A DNA stretch of 64,000 nt, taken from contig OY970296.1 in the NCBI GenBank assembly GCA_963716175.1, positions 4,352,001 to 4,416,000 of the forward strand, given 5' to 3'. Within the stretch, counting starts at the first letter, position 1; each line of letters starts with the position of its first letter. This document shows, piece after piece, positions 49,879-59,347 of the stretch. Source of the DNA: an uncultured Armatimonadetes bacterium. GTDB taxonomy: Bacteria; Armatimonadota; Hebobacteria; Hebobacterales; Hebobacteraceae. Position numbers and translations under genes: made by a program. A model generated the notes under the pieces. It had not been told where the DNA came from. It made no database searches and saw nothing but the letters and a program-made list of their open reading frames with translations.

Positions 49879-51048
49879 TTAAGCCCTTCCCCAGGCGATC
49901 TTCGGGTGCAGTCGCTCATGCTCCGCGGCCGCGTCTGCATACACCCGGACCAGCCTGGCCGTGGTCACGTCGGGGTCGAAGTCGCGGGCCCTGAGGCGCG
50001 CCGCCGCCGCCATGCGGTGGCGCAGGAACGGATTGTCGAGCAGCCATCGTACGGCCTCGCCGAAGTCGCGCTCATCGAAGGCCGTGACGAAGCCTGTCAC
50101 TCCGTCCCTGACCACCTCGCTCGGCCCGTACTTGTTGACAGCGACGCACGGCAGCCCTGCGCTCATCGCTTCCACCAGCACGATGCCCATAGCGTCGGCC
50201 GGCGAGGGGAAGACGAACACATCGGCGGCGGCGTAGTGGTCCGCAAGCTCGGCGTGCTCGACCCAGCCCGCGAATGTGGTCCGTGTCGCAATGCCCAGCT
50301 CCGCGGCGAGCCGGCGCAGCTCCCCCTCCATCGGGCCGCCCCCGGCCAGGCAGAGGTGAAGGGCGCGCCCCGGGCCGAGCCGAGCAACGGAGCGGAGCAG
50401 CATATCCAGCCGCTTCTCTCTCGCCAGCCGCCCCGCGTACAGGAGCAGCAGCGTTTGCTCCGACACCCCGAGCTCTTGCCGACGGCAGGCTCTTGCTTCG
50501 GGGCTAGGCCGCATCGCCGCCACCCCCTCGGGCACCACCTCAATCGGCTTCTGCACGCCCTGGCTGCCCAAGCACTCCCGCACCACCGCCGTCGCCGCTG
50601 TGACTCGATCTGCTGCTGCACAGTGCCGCAGGCACCGCCGGATCAGCCACTGCTTCAGGACGGGCTGCAGCAGCGGCAGGTACTGCCCGTACTCATTCAG
50701 CATGGTGTGATAGGTGTAGATCAGCGGGAGCCCATGCTTCCTCGCCAGGCGAACCGCGAGCTGTCCCATCGTGAATGGGTGGTGGCTGTGCACGATGTCG
50801 AACCTCTGTCCGGCCAGCACATCCAGGCTGTGGGCAAGTGGCGAAAGAGACGGGTAATGCTTCCTGAGCCATCTCACGCTCGGCAGCCGCACCACCTTGT
50901 CGTCATCATCGTGGTGCCCGGGGCACTCTGGCGCGAAGATCACAACTTCGTGGCCCTGCCCCTCCAGCGCGGTTCGCAGCGTCTTGATGCTGGTGACCAC
51001 GCCGTTGACGAACGGGTCATACCCCTCGGTGAGGAAGGCGATCTTCAT
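49879..51048 (-). CDS. GT4 glycosyltransferase (diacylglycerol glucosyltransferase-like)
   Basis: PFVNGVVTSI, HSHHPF, YTYHT, GRLAREK, VLVEAMSAGLP. Confidence 0.88.
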   Translation of the reverse strand: MKIAFLTEGYDPFVNGVVTSIKTLRTALEGQGHEVVIFAPECPGHHDDDDKVVRLPSVRWLRKHYPSLSPLAHSLDVLAGQRFDIVHSHHPFTMGQLAVRLARKHGLPLIYTYHTMLNEYGQYLPLLQPVLKQWLIRRCLRHCAAADRVTAATAVVRECLGSQGVQKPIEVVPEGVAAMRPSPEARACRRQELGVSEQTLLLLYAGRLAREKRLDMLLRSVARLGPGRALHLCLAGGGPMEGELRRLAAELGIATRTTFAGWVEHAELADHYAAADVFVFPSPADAMGIVLVEAMSAGLPCVAVNKYGPSEVVRDGVTGFVTAFDERDFGEAVRWLLDNPFLRHRMAAAARLRARDFDPDVTTARLVRVYADAAAEHERLHPKIAWGRA

Positions 51049-51217
51049 CTCAGCCTATCCCTCCCGCGCCGATCGGCGCCAACTGCTGCATCCCGCCGCC
51101 GGCCCCAGTGCGTTCATCGTGCTTTCCTCTTACGGCTGCGCCTGACCGCGGGGCCAGCCTCAATGCAAAGATACCGTGCTCTGTGTGCGAGCGGATGAGG
51201 CGAGAGGACCAGGCCAG

Positions 51218-51241
51218 AGTCCCGTTTTCCTGGGACCTGTC
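51218..51241 (-). promoter_or_regulatory. Candidate response-regulator operator, copy 1
   Basis: rc GACAGGTCCCAGGAAAACGGGACT, 20/24 identical to 53203-53226. Confidence 0.5.
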
Positions 51242-51281
51242 GTGAAGGGGTTACAGCAGTCGAGGGGGGCGCAGCGGCGGC

Positions 51282-51941
51282 CTAGGCCGAGTCGGTCAGC
51301 CCATGGCGCGCGGCCAGCAGGGCGGCCTCAGTTCGGTGATTCACTTGCAGCTTCATGAAGATACTAGAGATGTGGTTCTTCACCGTCTTCTCGCTCAGGA
51401 ACAGCCGCTCCGCGATGTCCTTGTTCCTGAGCCCCTTGCCCACCAGCTCCAACACTTCCATCTCGCGCCGAGTGAGCTCCGCGAACACTTCCTTCGCCGC
51501 CGCGCGCAGCCGGCCCACCCGGGCGAACTCGTCCAGCACTCGCCCCACCAGCGAGGGCCCGATGAAACCCTCGCCCCGCGCCGCGGCGCGGATCGCTTCC
51601 ACCGCCTGCTCCGGCGGAGCGTCCTTGAGCACGTAGCCCGATGCCCCGGCCTTGATCGCTGCGAAGAGATGGTCATCATCATGGTGAATCGTCAGCACCA
51701 CGATCGCGCACTCCGGCGTCTCCTGCTTGATCTGGCGTGTCGCCGCGATGCCATCCATCTTCGGCATGCCCAAGTCAGTGAGGACCACGTTTGGCTTGAG
51801 CCGCCGTGCCAGATCCACCGCGATCTCTCCATCCGCCGCCTGCCCCACCACCTCGATGTCCCCCTCCGCGGCCAGCAATTGCGCCAGCGCCATGCGGACA
51901 ACGGTCTCGTCCTCGGCGATCACCAGCCTGATCCTCGGCAT
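51282..51941 (-). CDS. NarL/LuxR-family response regulator
   Basis: REC domain (AEDE, TDLGMP, LKD) plus LTRREMEVL...SEKTVKNHIS HTH. Confidence 0.95.
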   Translation of the reverse strand: MPRIRLVIAEDETVVRMALAQLLAAEGDIEVVGQAADGEIAVDLARRLKPNVVLTDLGMPKMDGIAATRQIKQETPECAIVVLTIHHDDDHLFAAIKAGASGYVLKDAPPEQAVEAIRAAARGEGFIGPSLVGRVLDEFARVGRLRAAAKEVFAELTRREMEVLELVGKGLRNKDIAERLFLSEKTVKNHISSIFMKLQVNHRTEAALLAARHGLTDSA

Positions 51942-51942
51942 C

Positions 51943-53130
51943 TCACCGGCCTTTCTGGGTCCTGCTCACCTCGCCAATGGGCACAGTGAAGGCGACCACG
52001 GTTCCTTTTCCCGGCGCGCTCGATACCTCAACCGTCCCTCCGACCGACTCTGCGCGCTGCGCCATGCCCGGCAATCCGGACCCTCCCCCGATTCCCGGCG
52101 TCTCGGAAAGCGAGGCAGGATCGAAGCCCACTCCGTTATCCTCGATGGTGCACGCGAAGCGGTCGGCGGCGAATTTCAGGGTCACTTCGACCTCCGTAGG
52201 GTGCGCGTGTTTCTCGGCGTTCATGACCGCCTCCTGCATCACGCGAAATGCGGCGTGCGCCACATGGGCAGGAAGGGGTCTAACGTCGCCCTCGATCTCA
52301 AGCGGCGCCGATGCGGAGGAGGTCTCGGTGAACACGGCTAGATGGTGCCGGAGCGCCTCGACGAATCCCTCCTGCTCCACCGCCGGCGATCGCAACAGCC
52401 GAACCAGGTAGCGCAGCTCCGCGGCGGCCTGCCGCACCGAGTAGCGCTGGTCCACCGCGATCCGCGCGGCCTGGGCCGGATCGGTCGCCATCAGCTTGCG
52501 CGCCAACTCCAGCCGCATCGTGATGTTCGCCAGGTAGTGCTGGATGCCGTCGTGCATCTCCCCGGACAGCCGGCCGCGGTAATCGGAAAGCGCTACCTCC
52601 TCTCGCAGCCTGCCAAGCTCCCGGACGAGCGCCGTTTCGGTCAGCGAGTAGTACACGGCCAGCGACGTCACCAGGAACAGCACTACCATGCGGGCCATCA
52701 GCGTCCCCCAGTACTTCTCGCTGGTGTGGTCCTGCCAGGTGGAGACAAGGTAGAGGACGGCACCGGCGGCGCTCACCGCAGCGGTTCGGCGCGGCAGCCG
52801 CTGGATGGAAGCGGTGGCGATCGGCCAGAAATAGGCGAGCGCGGCCTCGCTGTTGATGCCTCCGGTGAGATATACTGCACCGGTGATGATGGCCAGGTCC
52901 AGTGACAGCCAGAGGCTGGCCCACCTCCGCGAGAGCCCTTTCCTCAGCACCAGATACGCGCGCAACCCAAGGAAGCAAAGGGCCGCTCCGATCAGCAGGT
53001 AGAAGAGACTGAGGCCGTTGCCGGCCATCCGACGGCGGACGAAGTCGAATTGCACCCAGACCAGAGCCGCAAGCAGAAGCACCAGGTACTGGATGAAGAA
53101 GACGGCGGATCGAGTTCTGGCAGCCTCCAT
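51943..53130 (-). CDS. Membrane sensor histidine kinase (HisKA_3)
   Basis: TM helices, EMHDGIQH, QEAVMNAEKHA, EDNGVGFD, GSGL, PGKGT. Confidence 0.93.
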   Translation of the reverse strand: MEAARTRSAVFFIQYLVLLLAALVWVQFDFVRRRMAGNGLSLFYLLIGAALCFLGLRAYLVLRKGLSRRWASLWLSLDLAIITGAVYLTGGINSEAALAYFWPIATASIQRLPRRTAAVSAAGAVLYLVSTWQDHTSEKYWGTLMARMVVLFLVTSLAVYYSLTETALVRELGRLREEVALSDYRGRLSGEMHDGIQHYLANITMRLELARKLMATDPAQAARIAVDQRYSVRQAAAELRYLVRLLRSPAVEQEGFVEALRHHLAVFTETSSASAPLEIEGDVRPLPAHVAHAAFRVMQEAVMNAEKHAHPTEVEVTLKFAADRFACTIEDNGVGFDPASLSETPGIGGGSGLPGMAQRAESVGGTVEVSSAPGKGTVVAFTVPIGEVSRTQKGR

Positions 53131-53202
53131 ACCCCCTCCGCGGCCCCTGCGCGGCTGTGGTCAACTTCGCCCGTCGGGTCCGTTACTCCCCTTCTCGGTG
53201 GT

Positions 53203-53226
53203 GACAAGTCCCACAAAAACAGGACT
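53203..53226 (+). promoter_or_regulatory. Candidate response-regulator operator, copy 2
   Basis: GACAAGTCCCACAAAAACAGGACT. Confidence 0.5.
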
Positions 53227-53320
53227 ACCGCGCAGGACTCCGGCCCCTTCTGGGCTGGCGCGTAATGAGGGAGAATCATCGGTGCAGGCAGCTCGCGAAT
53301 TCGGGCGGAGGTGAGATGCG

Positions 53321-53650
53321 ATGGGAGATCAAGTGCAGCGCCCGCCAGACCAGTTGCGTGTGGTGAGTGTCAGCCTGGGCTCCTCGAAGCGGAACCACGC
53401 GGTGGAAGTGGAGATGCTGGGCCGGCGCCTGCTCATTGAGCGCGGCGGTGTTGACGGCGACTCTGGCAGGGCCTGCCAGATGATCTGCAACCTTGGCGGC
53501 CGCTCCTTCGGCACCAATGTGATGGAGGGCGTGCTCATCGCGCTGGCGGGCAAGCCACCGGAGGAGATGCAACCGGACGATTACCTAGACATGCTCCGGC
53601 AGCTTGGCTGGCAACCGCGCGTCGCTCGACTCAGGGAGCAGCCGTCATGA
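53321..53650 (+). pseudogene. Probable internally deleted relic of a ~300-aa family usually annotated quinate 5-dehydrogenase
   Basis: VVSVSLGSSKRNH (recalled as the family N-terminus) is joined within 109 aa to GRSFGTNVMEG (recalled C-terminus); RBS GGAGG present. Confidence 0.5.
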
Positions 53651-54213
53651 TAGCGACCCCTCACATGGTGGCAGGCGCGGCCATCGGGCGCGCCCTCCGC
53701 CGCCCCTGGCTGGCCTACCCGGCCGCCTTCGCCAGCCATTTCCTGCTCGACATCGTGCCTCACATTGACTGGCACGGGCTGTTCGGCATTGACCACGCGG
53801 GACCGACCCGTCTCGAAGCGCTAGCGGGAATCGGCGATTTCCTGGTCGGCGCGCTGGTCGTCGGCCTCGTCTCCAGGCGACAGCCCATGCGCCGCGTGAT
53901 GCTGGGCGGCGCGCTCTTCGGCGTCCTTATGGACCTCGTCGAATACGTCCCCCCTGTGGGCCCCTGGTTTCGGCATTGGGCCGGCGGCGCATGGCTGAGC
54001 AGATTCCATCACGGAATCCAGCATAACCTCCCGCCGACTCAGTGGCCGCTGGGGGCGGGGACACAGGTGGCGGCGCTCGCCCTCGCGCTGGCGGTCTGCC
54101 TTGGTGGCAGGAACTCCCGCTCCCGGCCGACAGGCACGCGGTCTCCCGAGGAACTCTGTGAGGGCCCGGCAGGGCCGTCCTCCCCGCCCCGTTCAGGGCT
54201 CGAATCTGGTTAG
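53647..54213 (+). CDS. Membrane protein with His/Asp motifs (possible metal-dependent hydrolase)
   Basis: PHMVAGAAIG, SHFLLDIVPH, RFHHGIQ; ATGA overlap with the upstream ORF. Confidence 0.7.
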   Translation: MIATPHMVAGAAIGRALRRPWLAYPAAFASHFLLDIVPHIDWHGLFGIDHAGPTRLEALAGIGDFLVGALVVGLVSRRQPMRRVMLGGALFGVLMDLVEYVPPVGPWFRHWAGGAWLSRFHHGIQHNLPPTQWPLGAGTQVAALALALAVCLGGRNSRSRPTGTRSPEELCEGPAGPSSPPRSGLESG

Positions 54214-55272
54214 GTCGGCCACCGCATCCTGGTTCAGCCTTGAGGCTACCTCGACCAGGAGCTGGACCGTGTGGTCGAAGTCGGCCTCGTCTATGATCCC
54301 GGCGTGGGAGTGGACGTAGCGCGCCGGAGGGCCCAGGTAAAGCGTCGGGACTCCTTGACCGTGCACCTGCACCCGCGTGCCATCAGTCGTTCCCCGTTCC
54401 AAGGTCACGTATTGGAGGGGGATGCCCGTCTCCTCCGCCACCCGCGTCGTGAGCTCGCGGAGGCGCCGGTTCGGGATCATGCCCGAGTCCCGGATGCAGA
54501 CTGCGGGCCCTTTGCCCAGCTCAGAGTAGCCCCCGTCCTGCGTGCTGCCGGGAACGTCGTTGGCCACTGTGATCTCTGCCACTATCGCCGCCTGTGGGGC
54601 GACGGCAAAGGCGCTGGTCTGTGCCCCGTGGAGGCCGGATTCCTCCTGCGTGGTTCCCACCGCGTAGACGGTGTTCGGGTGATCGCGCTCGGCAAGGCGC
54701 CGGATCACCTCGATCACCATGGCGCAGCCGACGCGGTCGTCCCACGCCTTCCCGAGGAGCCGCCCACCGCCGAGCTCGACAAACGGGCTCCAGGGCGCTA
54801 CGGGATCGCCTGGCCGGACCCCCATCGCGAGCACCTGCTCGCGGCTCTTCGCCCCGATGTCGAGAAACATGTCCTTCATTGGTAGCGGTTTATTGCGCTC
54901 TTCCTCCGTCAGGAGATGGGGAGCACGCGCCCCGGTGAACGCGGTCACGTCACCGCTCCGCGTGCGTATCACCCACCGCTGAGCCACCATCACCTGGGAC
55001 CACCATCCCCCGGCAGTCACAAACCGCAAGAAGCCCTCGTCCGTGATCTGCCGCACGATCAGGCCCACCTCATCCATGTGCGCCGGCAGCATGACGCGGG
55101 GTTCGCTTGCGCTGCCCTGTTTCTTCGCGATCAGGCTGCCGAGCCGGTCATAGGTCACCTCGCAGAACGCGCCCAGCCGCCGGGCCATCAGCTGGCGCAC
55201 CTCATCTTCTGCTCCGGGCACCCCGAAAGCCTCGGACAGCTCGCGCAGCAGTTGACGGGTTTCGTCAGTCAT
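54193..55272 (-). CDS. M42-family metalloaminopeptidase
   Basis: AHMDEVG, GKAWDDRVG, QEESGLHGA, GTTDG, RYVHS. Confidence 0.93.
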   Translation of the reverse strand: MTDETRQLLRELSEAFGVPGAEDEVRQLMARRLGAFCEVTYDRLGSLIAKKQGSASEPRVMLPAHMDEVGLIVRQITDEGFLRFVTAGGWWSQVMVAQRWVIRTRSGDVTAFTGARAPHLLTEEERNKPLPMKDMFLDIGAKSREQVLAMGVRPGDPVAPWSPFVELGGGRLLGKAWDDRVGCAMVIEVIRRLAERDHPNTVYAVGTTQEESGLHGAQTSAFAVAPQAAIVAEITVANDVPGSTQDGGYSELGKGPAVCIRDSGMIPNRRLRELTTRVAEETGIPLQYVTLERGTTDGTRVQVHGQGVPTLYLGPPARYVHSHAGIIDEADFDHTVQLLVEVASRLNQDAVADLTRFEP

Positions 55273-55403
55273 TGACACTGCTCCCTGGGAAGTCTCACCA
55301 TCAGTTGGGGGTGCGAGCGAGCGCTTGCACACCCGGTTTCACGGGTGTGGGAATTCCAGAGCCCGCGGGCGCGTTCCTGCCCCGCGGAGAGCCCCTGGCC
55401 GGA

Positions 55404-56417
55404 TCACGCAGGTGCGAGTGGAATCACCAGGTTCCACGTGCGCGTGCAGTGGTCGAACCCCCCGGGGCCGTCGCCGGTGGCGGCGAACAGGTGGGTGGGC
55501 CGGCCATCCTGGAGGAGCAGTTGCGGCCGTTCCACCGCCCCCTGCTCGGTGACGGTGCCGTCATCCCACACCACGCGGCGCGAGTAGGCCTTGGGCGGAT
55601 CGCCGAGCGCCCAGGTGATGCCATCCGGCGAGAGGGCGTGGATGCCGGCTCCCGGCTCGCCGCAGATCTCGCCGGTCATATCTTTGGCGATCATCTCGTA
55701 GTGATCCTCCGCCCACCAGACAAAAGGGTCTTCGACGTGGCCTGCGGGAAAGCTGAGCACCGGATCATCCACAACGCGATGGAAGGGCGCGCAGTGACTC
55801 TGCGCGCAGGCGAGACCGATGCGCAATCCCGCGGGCGTATTCGAACGATAGTAGAGGAAGATGGAGCCATCGGCCCGCAGGCAAGGAGCTGGGTTAGTCA
55901 CCACTGAGCCATCCCACTTGCCGGGGCGCGGGCGCAGGACCGGCTCATCTCGCCGCGTCCACGGGCCGTGCACCGAATCCGCGGTCGCCAGTCCGATGCG
56001 GAGGTTGCGGTAACATTCGCGGCCTTGCGGCAGCTCCCGGTGGAGCCGCTGCACCTCCGCAACCTCCGGTTTCTCTCCCGCGTAGGTGGACCCGATGTAG
56101 AAGAGCAGGTAGATTCCCCCGACACTGCGGATCGTAGGGTTATGGGTCATCTGCCCGTCCCAGTGCTCCGGTCCGCGTGCGGGCAGCACCACCTCCTGGA
56201 AAGTGTATGGGCCCTCGGGCGTGTTGGAGCTAGCACGCACCACCTCGGAATGCGTGAGATAGCCCGCGAAGAATGGGAGCGCCTTCGGCCAGCGGGAGGC
56301 GAACATGTGAAACCCTCCGCCCTCTCCCGCGATGACCGAGCCGCACCAGACCCAATGGTCCTCCTGGGCGAAGCCGCCGGCCTTGGGAGCGGGCAAGATG
56401 CGACCGATAAACGACAT
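55404..56417 (-). CDS. Five-bladed beta-propeller glycoside hydrolase family protein
   Basis: WVWCGS, THNP, TNPAP, EDPF, ERPQL. Confidence 0.82.
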   Translation of the reverse strand: MSFIGRILPAPKAGGFAQEDHWVWCGSVIAGEGGGFHMFASRWPKALPFFAGYLTHSEVVRASSNTPEGPYTFQEVVLPARGPEHWDGQMTHNPTIRSVGGIYLLFYIGSTYAGEKPEVAEVQRLHRELPQGRECYRNLRIGLATADSVHGPWTRRDEPVLRPRPGKWDGSVVTNPAPCLRADGSIFLYYRSNTPAGLRIGLACAQSHCAPFHRVVDDPVLSFPAGHVEDPFVWWAEDHYEMIAKDMTGEICGEPGAGIHALSPDGITWALGDPPKAYSRRVVWDDGTVTEQGAVERPQLLLQDGRPTHLFAATGDGPGGFDHCTRTWNLVIPLAPA

Positions 56418-56663
56418 GCTTTGGGTCTCCTTCGCGTTCGCCGCGTACGCCGTCCTGATACGGGCCGCCCGTTAAGGCGTATCTGCAGCATTCGATCAGC
56501 CCCTGGTGTTCGCCTTTCGCACCAAGAGTCTCTAACAGAACCCGGTATCAGGCTATATCAAAGCCACCGGAACTGCGCTCAGCGCACGCTAGCCGGGTCT
56601 TGATCTAGCCTCTAAGTCCGGCTCCGTCCCGCCGCCTCCTGGCTCGGGGTCCCTGTGCAGATG

Positions 56664-56795
56664 CTAGAGCGCATTTCATAACCTACCGGCTGGCTGGCCG
56701 CACCACGCCCTCGCATGAAATGCGCCTGCCACGGCCTGACGTTGTGCAGCGCTGTTTCATAACCTCCCCTGGGAAGGTTATGAAACAGCTTCTAG
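56664..56795. mobile_element. CTAG-bounded double-hairpin miniature inverted-repeat element (family 2)
   Basis: CTAGAGCGCATTTCATAACCT ... AGGTTATGAAACAGCTTCTAG; each end pairs with its own internal arm. Confidence 0.7.
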
Positions 56796-56880
56796 ACACA
56801 GTTGGACGGCTGCTGTACGCTGACGCGCTAGCACTGAAACCCCTCGGCCGCTATACTGTCGCCTGTGACCACCCCGGGTT

Positions 56881-57714
56881 ATGCCACATGGTGAGGACCC
56901 ACTGTTGAGACCGTGGGTCGCACTGGTATATTCGTTCCTGTTCGGGCTCCTGCACGGTGTGCTGCCTGATGAGCACACCTGGCCCATCACTTTCAGCTAT
57001 GCCATCGGAGGCGCCAGCGGAAAAGCCGGCATGAAGGCCGGACTCTACTTCTCCGCCGCCTTCACGGTGCAGCGCGCCCTGCTCTCCGAGGTGTCCTACC
57101 TGGCGCTGGCCCCCTTGCTGCTCAACCCCAACATCAACGGCACCGTCTTCATCGTGGTCGGGATCGCGATGTCCGTCGCCGGGGCCATCCTGATCGGCCG
57201 CAGCGCCCATCCCCATCCCCACTTGCTCGGCCGTCACGACGCGCAACTCCATGCCATCGAGGAGGCCGCGGGGCCACAGGAGGCGACCCCAGTGCATTGG
57301 ACCATCATCCATGGCTTCATCGCCGGCTTCGGCTTCGAGGGCTTCTCCGTGTTCGTCAATACCGTCGCCGCGCCTGCCATGCCCAACGCTTGGTTGGGGT
57401 TCGTGCCGGGGCTGCTCTTCGGCCTGGGAACGATGCTGGTGCTGGCCGTGATGGGAGCGCTGTTCGGGTCGCTGCTGCGCTGGGCGCGCTCGCTAACCGA
57501 GCAGCAGATCACCCGCATCGGGCACGAGACTGGATCCAGAACGCTGTTCTACGGCGGACTGCTCTTCATCGGCTTCGGCGGAGCGACCCTGCTCGGGTGG
57601 GATCGTCGTCTGCCGGTGGAGGCTGGTTACTTCCTGATCGGCCTGTTCCTGGTTGGGGTGGTCGTCCCCGCGTTCATCTACTCTTGGCGGCGAGCGATTG
57701 CGGTCAGGCAGTGA
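56881..57714 (+). CDS. Nickel/cobalt transporter-like membrane protein (NicO/UreH-like)
   Basis: FGLLHGVLPDEH, His-containing loop, HGFIAGFG, FGLGTM. Confidence 0.7.
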   Translation: MPHGEDPLLRPWVALVYSFLFGLLHGVLPDEHTWPITFSYAIGGASGKAGMKAGLYFSAAFTVQRALLSEVSYLALAPLLLNPNINGTVFIVVGIAMSVAGAILIGRSAHPHPHLLGRHDAQLHAIEEAAGPQEATPVHWTIIHGFIAGFGFEGFSVFVNTVAAPAMPNAWLGFVPGLLFGLGTMLVLAVMGALFGSLLRWARSLTEQQITRIGHETGSRTLFYGGLLFIGFGGATLLGWDRRLPVEAGYFLIGLFLVGVVVPAFIYSWRRAIAVRQ

Positions 57715-57721
57715 CCCGTTG

Positions 57722-57775
57722 GTGGGAGCCCGGTCCTCCGGGCGATGCGAATCGCCTCGGGGACGAGGCCCCCAC
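57722..57775. repeat. Inverted REP doublet (REPIN-like)
   Basis: GTGGGAGCCCGGTCCTCCGGGCGAT facing (rc) GTGGGGGCCTCGTCCCCGAGGCGAT. Confidence 0.6.
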
Positions 57776-57834
57776 AGCGCGCCTGGGGCGGCGGAGGATG
57801 AGCATCCCCGCGTCACCGGAGGAGGGATCAAGTG

Positions 57835-59295
57835 ATGGCAGCTATCATGCTTGGTCGAGAGGAATACCGCGATAGGGTGTACGCCTGCTGGCTCGGCAAG
57901 AATATCGGTGGCACCTTGGGCACTCCGTTCGAAGGGCAGCCCTATGTGAACAACCTGAGCTTCTTTGACCCGGTGCCGACGGAGCCGCTCCCGAATGACG
58001 ACCTCGACCTGCAGCTGGTATGGCTGAAGATGCTGGAGGACCGAGGCACCGAGGTGGGACTGCCCGACTTCGCCGCCTACTGGATGAAGCATGCCGCCGC
58101 CTACCCATGGAACGAATACGGGTTCTGCGCGCGCAATCTCACGCGCGGTCTGAGGCCGCCGGTGAGCGGGTGGTTCGAGAACTACTATGTGGATGAGATG
58201 GGTTCGCCGATCCGAAGTGAAATCTGGGCCTGCATCGCGCCGGCCCATCCCCAGCGCGCGGCCGCGCTGGCGTGGATGGACTCGGCGATGGACCACGCCG
58301 GCGGCGAGGGCATGTGGGGCGAGATGTTCTGGGCGGCGGTGGAAAGCGCCGCGTTCGTGAACAACGACCCGCTCACCCTGATCAACATCGGGCTGGCCAT
58401 GATCCCTCCATCCTGCAACATCGCCCGGGTGATCCGGGAGGTGGTTTGGATGCGGCAGAACGGCGTGCGCTGGTCGGAAGCGCGCGAGCGCATCGTGCGC
58501 ATCTACGGCAGCGCGCAGCCCTGCAGCGCCATTCAGAACCACGGCTTCACGGTGATAGGATGGCTCTATGGCGACGGATTCGGAGACCAGTTGTGCCAGG
58601 CGGTCAACTGCGGCTATGACACTGACTGCACCGGGGCCACGCTCGGCGCCCTGCTCGGCCTCCTTGGCGGCACCCGCGCCATCCCGAAAGAGTGGAGCGA
58701 TCCGGTGGGCAAGAGCATCGTGCTGCACCGGTATACGCAGGGCCTGGACGCGCCGAGAACGCTGGAGGAGCTGACCCACCGCACCGAGGCAGTGGCGGCG
58801 CGGTTCCTGGCAAGCGACTCGGCACAGATAACGATGGGCGCGAAGACCGCGGTCGGTGACCGCACGCTGCCGCTGCTGTTCCGCAACGACCTCGCCATGT
58901 CGGCAGCGCGCCAGGACCTGCGCGCGGGCACCGCGCGGGACCGCGACCTGGAGATCACGCTGCACTACGGCGGCGATCCAGTGCTGTACCCGGGCCTTAC
59001 GCGCACCATGTCGGTGACCTGCCGGAAGAGCGGGCAGCCGATCCCCATCTCGCAGGTGAAGGCCAGCGCGCCCGGCGGGTGGCGCGTCGCCCCGAACGCG
59101 GCCACGTTCGAGGTGACGGCGCCGCGCTTTGAGGGGATCGAGTCGCTCAGGGTATCAGTCGCGATCGACGGCGATCGCTACGGGGCCGACTTCGCGGTGC
59201 TCAGCCCCAATGAGGCCCGAGGGTTCCCCAGCGCGCGAAATGTGGAGACGTGCCCGAGGTGCCACGCGCGGGTCGAGGCCTGCATCTGTGCCTGA
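57835..59295 (+). CDS. ADP-ribosylglycohydrolase family protein with C-terminal extension
   Basis: GKNIGGTLGTPFEG, PNDDLD, MGSPIRSE, GYDTDCTGAT; ends CPRCHARVEACICA. Confidence 0.87.
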   Translation: MAAIMLGREEYRDRVYACWLGKNIGGTLGTPFEGQPYVNNLSFFDPVPTEPLPNDDLDLQLVWLKMLEDRGTEVGLPDFAAYWMKHAAAYPWNEYGFCARNLTRGLRPPVSGWFENYYVDEMGSPIRSEIWACIAPAHPQRAAALAWMDSAMDHAGGEGMWGEMFWAAVESAAFVNNDPLTLINIGLAMIPPSCNIARVIREVVWMRQNGVRWSEARERIVRIYGSAQPCSAIQNHGFTVIGWLYGDGFGDQLCQAVNCGYDTDCTGATLGALLGLLGGTRAIPKEWSDPVGKSIVLHRYTQGLDAPRTLEELTHRTEAVAARFLASDSAQITMGAKTAVGDRTLPLLFRNDLAMSAARQDLRAGTARDRDLEITLHYGGDPVLYPGLTRTMSVTCRKSGQPIPISQVKASAPGGWRVAPNAATFEVTAPRFEGIESLRVSVAIDGDRYGADFAVLSPNEARGFPSARNVETCPRCHARVEACICA

Positions 59296-59347
59296 CGACG
59301 CGGCAGCGAAGGACCGCCCAGCATCCCACTACGAGGGAGAGCGCCGA

